From assembly GCA_013239625.1 (NCBI GenBank), contig MU053472.1:744001-808000 (forward strand): a stretch of 64,000 nt of DNA, given 5' to 3'. The DNA is from Lama guanicoe. Lineage: Eukaryota. Below, piece after piece: positions 57,746 to 64,000 of the stretch (the stretch's first letter is position 1; every line of letters begins with the position of its first letter). The notes under the pieces were generated by a model. The model saw only the letters and a program-made list of their open reading frames with translations, did no database searches and was not told where the DNA came from. The translations under genes were made by a program, and so were the position numbers.

Positions 57746-59809
57746 TAGGAGCTATATAGTGCATCACAGTCTGATGGCAGGTCCTGTGGCGTAGAGAACT
57801 TGGGGTAGCTTTCACTGTTCATGGTACCCTCTTCTGGCTCTTTTTATACCCAGTTACTGCCATGACAGTGGTTTAGGCCCCAGATAGTGGTTAGTTAAGT
57901 GGAAAGGAAATAAAATTAAGAAAAAATCAACATTAGCGATAAAGTATGTCCATAGACATACACTGATTATATTGAAATGATGTCATAGAGATAGTGTCTT
58001 GCCCCTCGGTAGAGTCCTTGGGGGGACATTATGGAGAAAAGAACACTGCATGTTTTCCTAATCAATGCATCCTTTAGTTTTATATCTAAAGATATTGCCC
58101 CTCGATGCCAAGGAACCAACTTTTTACTCAGCTGATTTTTACTGAGCACCTACTATATTCCATGCACTGGGTGAGGCCCTGTTAGGTACGGAGATGCCCA
58201 GTGGATGTCCCATGGCCCTCGGGAGCAAGGCCAAGGCCTCGGGAGACTGCCCTTGGGGCAGCCAGGCTTGTCCAGTGGCTTGCTTGGCCCAACTTGGCTC
58301 GTCCTTCTCTCCTCCAGGGTGTGAGGAGAGTCGGCCTCTTGCTCTAGGAGGTCAGCCCGAGGGTCTCTCTCTTTCTCTCCCCTCCTCTCTCCCCCTCCCT
58401 TCTTCCCCTCCACCCCCACCTCAATCCCAGGCTGACTGAAAAGGTGCAAGAGGGAATCTGAGATTCTGCACTGTTTGTTTTGGGTTCAATGAAATCTCAT
58501 TTACACGTGTTAATTGCAACTAATTGGCACTAATTGGATGAACAGGAAACCCTCTGGGAGCACTCATACCTTTAATTTGTAGTAAATATCATTAATTAAC
58601 ATATGCTAATTAGAGCCAATTAACATTGATTAAGGGTTTCCAGCTACTTGGGAAGTACAACTCTGTGTCCTCTCTTGGTTGCCTGAAGTCAGCACAAGAT
58701 ATGAGACATGAAGTCTGGGCAGTGAGAGGAGGAGACCCTTGTGGCTGCCTCTCCAGGTGGGGGGCCACGACGGCCGCTGCAGCCCTCACCTGAGCTGGGT
58801 GCTTGGAGGATGGCACCCTGCCCGCTCCCTCCCCAGGGAAGAGGGGGCTGCAGGGGAGGGGCTGCAAGGTTACCACTTCTGGGAGGAACAGGCAGGGGAT
58901 GTTCTGGGTGTTGGAACGTTCTCCCCTTGGCCTGGGTTCCAGGGTGGGTTGAAAGACACTAGAGGTCAGCCTGGCAGGGAGGGTGGGACTGCTGAGACCA
59001 AAGCAGGGTTTGGACTCTTTTCATGCAGATGATGGAGGGTGAGACCCCCACTGGCCAGAGTCCTGTTTGGCACATTCACAGACAGACACACACACAACCG
59101 CCCCCGCCCCCACCCCAGACGTCCTCCATCTGACACGGATGTGTAGATGGGATACCTCCTTGGTCTGACAGGTGCATAGGTGGAGGGACCACCTCTGTCA
59201 GACATCTCCTTTGCCCATCTTTGGGATGTATTTCACTCCAGATTGGGATGTTCAAACTATCCAGGGTATTGGTATCAGATAAAAACCAAAACCATTTGCC
59301 TGGGAACTAGAAGGCTTTTAGGTCTGCTTTTAGCTCTGTTACTAACTAGCTATGGGACTCTTGGGATTCATTTAAATGCATTTACATATATATGCTTTAT
59401 TTTAGTCCAATACAAAAGGAATAAATTTATTACAGACCCCACACGCCAGGAATGCCCTTTCTGTAATAGGCTGCTAAGGCCTGCCTTTCCTTTTCTGCAT
59501 TATTCGCCTCATTGTTTCATGTCTGATGTCCATCTCCACTAACAATCTCTAAGTTGCCTGAAAGCAGTGTTCGAGGCTGGCTTGCTGATTGTGGCATCTC
59601 GTGGGCACTAGAAAAGTTGCTGTTGAGTTAAATAGTATGTAGGGTGAAAAAAAATTGTTGAGTGAATAAATGAACACACAAAACCATCTGCAGTTTCAAC
59701 CACCACAGAGAAAACATTTGGGGGGTTCGTGTTCGCATTTATATTTATATATCTACATATTATATAAATACAGTATGTTTTATATATATAAAACACATAT
59801 ATAGTATAT

Positions 59810-60070
59810 TTATCCCAAAAGGTCTAGTGTTGTTTTTGCTCTAATAACTTCTAAAGTCTAAGTGCTGCAAACTTTAAAAACCAAAGAAATCATTTAAAAT
59901 TTTATTTAGATTTATTATACATTTATTTTAGTTGTATGAATTTTGAATAATACATTTCAAAATTTCAGTTTCTGTTTTAGTCCCTCTGAATGAAGGTAGC
60001 AAACAAGAACTCAAAAATTGAAACTAAAATTTGATTATTCAAAATTCACAAGACTAAATGTGTGTATTCT
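59810..60070. mobile_element. Probable ancient palindromic non-autonomous DNA transposon remnant
   Basis: AT-rich island with imperfect inverted arms; perfect core TGAATTTTGAATAAT 59937-59951 / ATTATTCAAAATTCA 60034-60048. Family not identified. Confidence 0.5.
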
Positions 60071-60320
60071 TGCCAGCACTGAGAATTGTTCTCTTTCAAC
60101 CGCTGGCTAAGTCATGAAGCCAATTTTCACATCTGTGGAATGGGGCCAGTGATACCTGAATTTTCTGGCCTCTCATGTGGAAGGATGTGGGTGATTCTAT
60201 AACCCAAGGAAAGGAGTATTACCCCAGCAACCTGAGAAGAAAAAGCTTTATAGCTCCCAGATCTCAGCTTCTGGCTCTGATGGAAAGAGGTAAGGTCTGG
60301 GGAGGGACAGAACCTGGTAG

Positions 60321-60457
60321 GAGTTGGGGTATAGCTCAGTGGCAGAGCACATGCTTAGCATGCATGAGGTCCTGGGTTCAATCTCCAGTACCTCCACTTG
60401 AACAAACAAACAAACAAACCTCATTACCTTCCTCCCTCCCCCCAAAAAAGTCAAAGA
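60321..60457 (+). mobile_element. tRNA-derived SINE (camelid Vic-1-like)
   Basis: GGTATAGCTCAGTGGCAGAGC (A box), GGTTCAATCTCC (B box), (CAAA)n tail; TSD AGAACCTGG(T/C)AG at 60309-60320 and 60458-60469. Confidence 0.85.
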
Positions 60458-62699
60458 AGAACCTGGCAGAGACCTCACCTCCAAGGGGACCTCGGTGGTA
60501 GATCCTTACTCAGCTAACTCAGAGAAATAGGGCTGCCCTGGAGGGGTTTGGGGGTCAGGACAATGTGAACTGCAAAGCTGGAAAGATCACCCTTTGTGGG
60601 GCTAGACTCCAAACAGGGGAAAGTGGATTAAAAGCCATTACTGTTACTGTGGGACAGGCCCTCTTCTAAATGTTTTTCGTGCATTCATTCACTTACTCCT
60701 CCCACGACCCAGTGATGTAGGCACTACTATTATCTGCATTTCACAGAGCAAACGGAGGCTCAGAGAGGTCAACTAAGGTGCTCCAGCTCACACAGCCAAG
60801 TGGCAGGGCTACCACTTGAGTTTAAGTTTAGCTGCTGTGTGCTACCCCCTCACTCCCACCCACATTTTTGGTGCCTGTAGAACAGCTCCAGAAAGCCATG
60901 GCTCCCAGTGCGGGGAGCTCCTGACTCTGCCAAGGCCTCTGCAGCATTGCTGAGTGGACCCCATTCCCAGCTCCCTCCCCAAGGATATCTGAGGTCTGAG
61001 GGAGAGCTGCTGGCAAGGTTCACAGCAGCTTAATTACCAAAGTGATTTTAATTTGTTTTTGTTAATTGAAATCTCATTAAGCAAGTAATTTACTCCAACA
61101 CAGCTCTGGAGCCCACAATTGTACGGGTGAGGAGGCTAAAGGGGTTTTTAGATTTCGCCTTCATCTGGTGATTGTGCTTCTGACCTTATCCTGTGGCCTG
61201 TGTGAACGTGAGTAGGTGTGCACACGTGTGGAAGGGCCCTCCCAGCTGGCCAGGGGCACCCTTTCTCCTTGACCTGCGCTCACCTGTTCCACCACCCCAG
61301 GGCCCTGGCCCCTGCCTGCCTTGCCCCGTATTCTGGAATGATGAGAAAAAAGTGAACCCAGGCCACCCCTCTGCAGAGCGAATGCGCACCCAGGTGTGTG
61401 GCACGTGGTACAGACACACAGGCACCAGTTAGTATTTGTCCGTCTTCGTGCCAAGCACTGCTCTAGGTGTGAACTGGAGATGCTGGAGGGACAAATGGCA
61501 CTTTTTGAGGGAGCTCTTGTCTGAACCCTGGACTTCGTGATTCCACCGACTAAATGTCCTGAGTCCTCCTTCATTACTTGTGTCTCATGCATTGTAATTC
61601 CTCGCCATCGTGGTCCTTCCCTGACTATAAACTCCAAGAGGGTCGGGGCCCTTTGGCCTCCTCACGGCTGTGGGGGTTCTCAGCGGGGTTTGGGGTGGGC
61701 GATTCTTTATCGAATGGGACTGTGCTGGGACTTGCCAGCCAGTTAGAATTCCTGGGCCTGGCTTATTCAGGACCAGCAGCATCCCACTAGAGAATTGTGA
61801 CAACTCAAACGTGCCCTCCGCGTGTTTCCAACCCCCCCTGAGTGGGGTGGGGATTTGAAACCAGTGCAAGTGCCCGCACACTGCCTGGCATGTAGTAGGT
61901 GTTCTCTGAGTATTTGCTGGGTGGGTGACGGGGAGCATGTGGAGATGTGCCTCTGGCCTGGTTCGTGTTTCTCTGTGATGTGTGTGTGTGCACATGTGCA
62001 TGTGTGACTGTGAAATGTGTGTGCTGCTCCCCTGACCTGTACCCCTGGGTGCGCTGGGCCAGCAGAGGGTCCTGGGTCCTACCGCAGGCCAGGGCTCCGG
62101 TTCTCCAGAGCTCTGTCTGCCCCGGTGCAGCTCCCCCTGTGGCCTCCGCAAGGCCCCCGCCCCCCAGCTGCCTCCTCCTTGTGCCCCTGACTACGGCCAC
62201 TTGGTAGTTTTCCAGGCCTGACATTTCGAACATACGATGCCATATGTATTGCCACTCTCAGGTAATTATCACGTAAAATTAAGCTAGTCTTGTACATGAA
62301 ACCAGCAATTAGCCAGGGATTGAAGGTCAGGGAGAGCTCGTTTATAGAGTCGCTAACAAAATGTTAAGTGGAAGTGTGTGTCAGATGGGCCAGGAGGCTG
62401 GATTAGCGGGGGTCACAGCGGTGGGACTGGAGGGCCGTGGAGACTCCCGGCTCTGCGGCGCTGGGCACAGCAGGAGGAGCTGGGGATTTATGGCTCACAT
62501 TTCTCTCTTCCAGCTCTCAGTCTGGGGCACGGCTTTGAAGGAAGCTGGCTAAGCCGGCTAAGTCCTCGTGCACACCAACGCCGTCTCCCCATTCATCCGG
62601 AAACCGGATAGGTCCTGCCTAAAAGCCTGTATGTCATTCTACCTCCTGCCCGGCTGCCCGCCACCCCAGCATTTCACACTCTGCTTTGGGTATCTGAAG

Positions 62700-63050
62700 A
62701 CAGGATAATCTTTCGAGACTCAGAAACTTTGCACATGCCATTCCCTTTGCTGGGGATGCTTTTCCATCTCTCTCAAGTCCCTAATCATCAGCCTGCAAAA
62801 TTTCTATTTCTCTTTAAAAAAAAAATCTCAGGCCTCACTTCTCCAGGAGCCTTCCTAGGCCCCTGCCCTGCCCCGAGTTTATTCCAGAAGTTATCTTTGC
62901 TTTTTGCACCATGCACTGGTCTCCACTGTTGCACTTACACTCTATGGCAATTTCTTGGCGATGTGGCTGTCCCCACTGCTGCTCTGGGAACTTATTCATC
63001 GCTTCCTGGCAACCTGGAGCTGCTCAATAAATGTCTGTGGAATGAATATA
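62700..63050 (+). mobile_element. L2 3' fragment
   Basis: CTTTGCACATGCCATTCCC...TGCTCAATAAATGTCTGTGGAATGAAT, a typical L2 terminus. Confidence 0.6.
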
Positions 63051-63479
63051 GAACTTATTCTCTTTGGCTCTTTCTTCTTTTACAAATCCTTCAAGACCGG
63101 GCTCAGATGTCACCTCCTCTGGGCAGCTTCCTGGGATTCCCTTCCCAAGTAGAATTAATCATGTTTCCTATGTCCCCATAGCATCTTGTATACACATCTT
63201 TACTACAGCACTACCAAACTGCCTCATGTTTCACCATAGGTCCACCTGGGGCTACCATGTTGCCCAACTTCAAGGGGCACCGTTCACATGCAGCCAGGCA
63301 ATGCAGAAATGGTGCCTGTACTTGCTCACTAGGCAGTGACCCTCTGCAGAGCAAAGACCCTGCGATTCTGATAGTGGCTTGCATATAATAGGCTCTCATT
63401 GGCCACATTAGTGTCCATTCAGAGTAGGTATGGAATAGATGTGCAATAAACATGTAATTATTGAACAAGAAGAGACAGT

Positions 63480-63650
63480 TCAGTGGAGAAAGCTCCAGAT
63501 GTGGAGTTAAGGGACCTGGTTTCCAGTTCTGGCTCTGCCACTAGATTTCTGTGCAGCCTTAAGTGAATCACTCAACCTCTCTGGTCTGTATCCTTTTAAA
63601 TCAGGTCATATGTGTCAAATACTTGGGACAAAGTAGGTGCTCATTGCGTG
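63480..63650. mobile_element. MIR SINE
   Basis: GACCTGGTTTCCAGTTCTGGCTCTGCCACTAG...AATCACTCAACCTCTCTG. Confidence 0.6.
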
Positions 63651-64000
63651 TTAGTTTCTTACCCCCTCTTTTTTTATCTGTAAAGTGAGGAATGTTAAGG
63701 TTCCTTGTAGTCCTGTAGAATTATGAGCTCTCAGGATTAGAAGAAGTTTTGAAAGTTCATCTGATTTAACCCCTGGAATCTCCAGGAGGTTATTCAGTTC
63801 TGGTTTGTACCTCTCTAATGACAAGGAGCTCACTTCCTCACAAAGTAGGCCATTCTACCTTCAGACAGCTCTGCCTTAAAAAGAACCCTATTATCTAACA
63901 CTTAGGCCTCCCAGAGCTCCCATCACAGGCCCTGGTTTTGCAGCACGTGGCCAGTCCCACTGCCCGAGATGATATTCGCAGACAATGATCTGCTCCGGGC

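Noticed and set aside
1..64000. CRISPR arrays, operons or other prokaryote-type systems; AATF exon 5
   Set aside because: The sequence is mammalian with spliceosomal introns and no repeat-spacer array; no AATF exon-5-like peptide was recognised, so it presumably lies left of the window.

Overview
Mammalian genomic DNA, most likely camelid judging by its tRNA-derived SINEs, syntenic to the human 17q12 LHX1-AATF locus and shown in reverse orientation. It holds the complete LHX1 gene (minus strand, 5 coding exons, 1221 nt = 406 aa + stop, all GT-AG junctions checked) inside a ~12 kb CpG-rich domain. About 4 kb downstream on the same strand lie the CpG-island promoter and coding exons 1-4 of AATF (Che-1), whose long intron 4 runs off the left end. 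The rest is non-coding: old repeats (L1/HAL1, L2, MIR, Tigger1, MER33, MER5A, MLT1), four SINEs with target-site duplications, and several AT-rich motif-dense blocks that look like developmental enhancers. I found no new protein-coding system or prokaryote-type system such as CRISPR. The best leads are regulatory or structural: a FOXH1/SMAD/T-box/OTX2/SOX/FOX motif cluster upstream of LHX1, a helically phased TAATTG triplet, LHX1 uORFs and miRNA seed sites, an L2 segment that seems locally duplicated and inverted, and a 140 bp mRNA-like insert inside Tigger1. Repeat family names and human comparisons are from memory, not from database searches.
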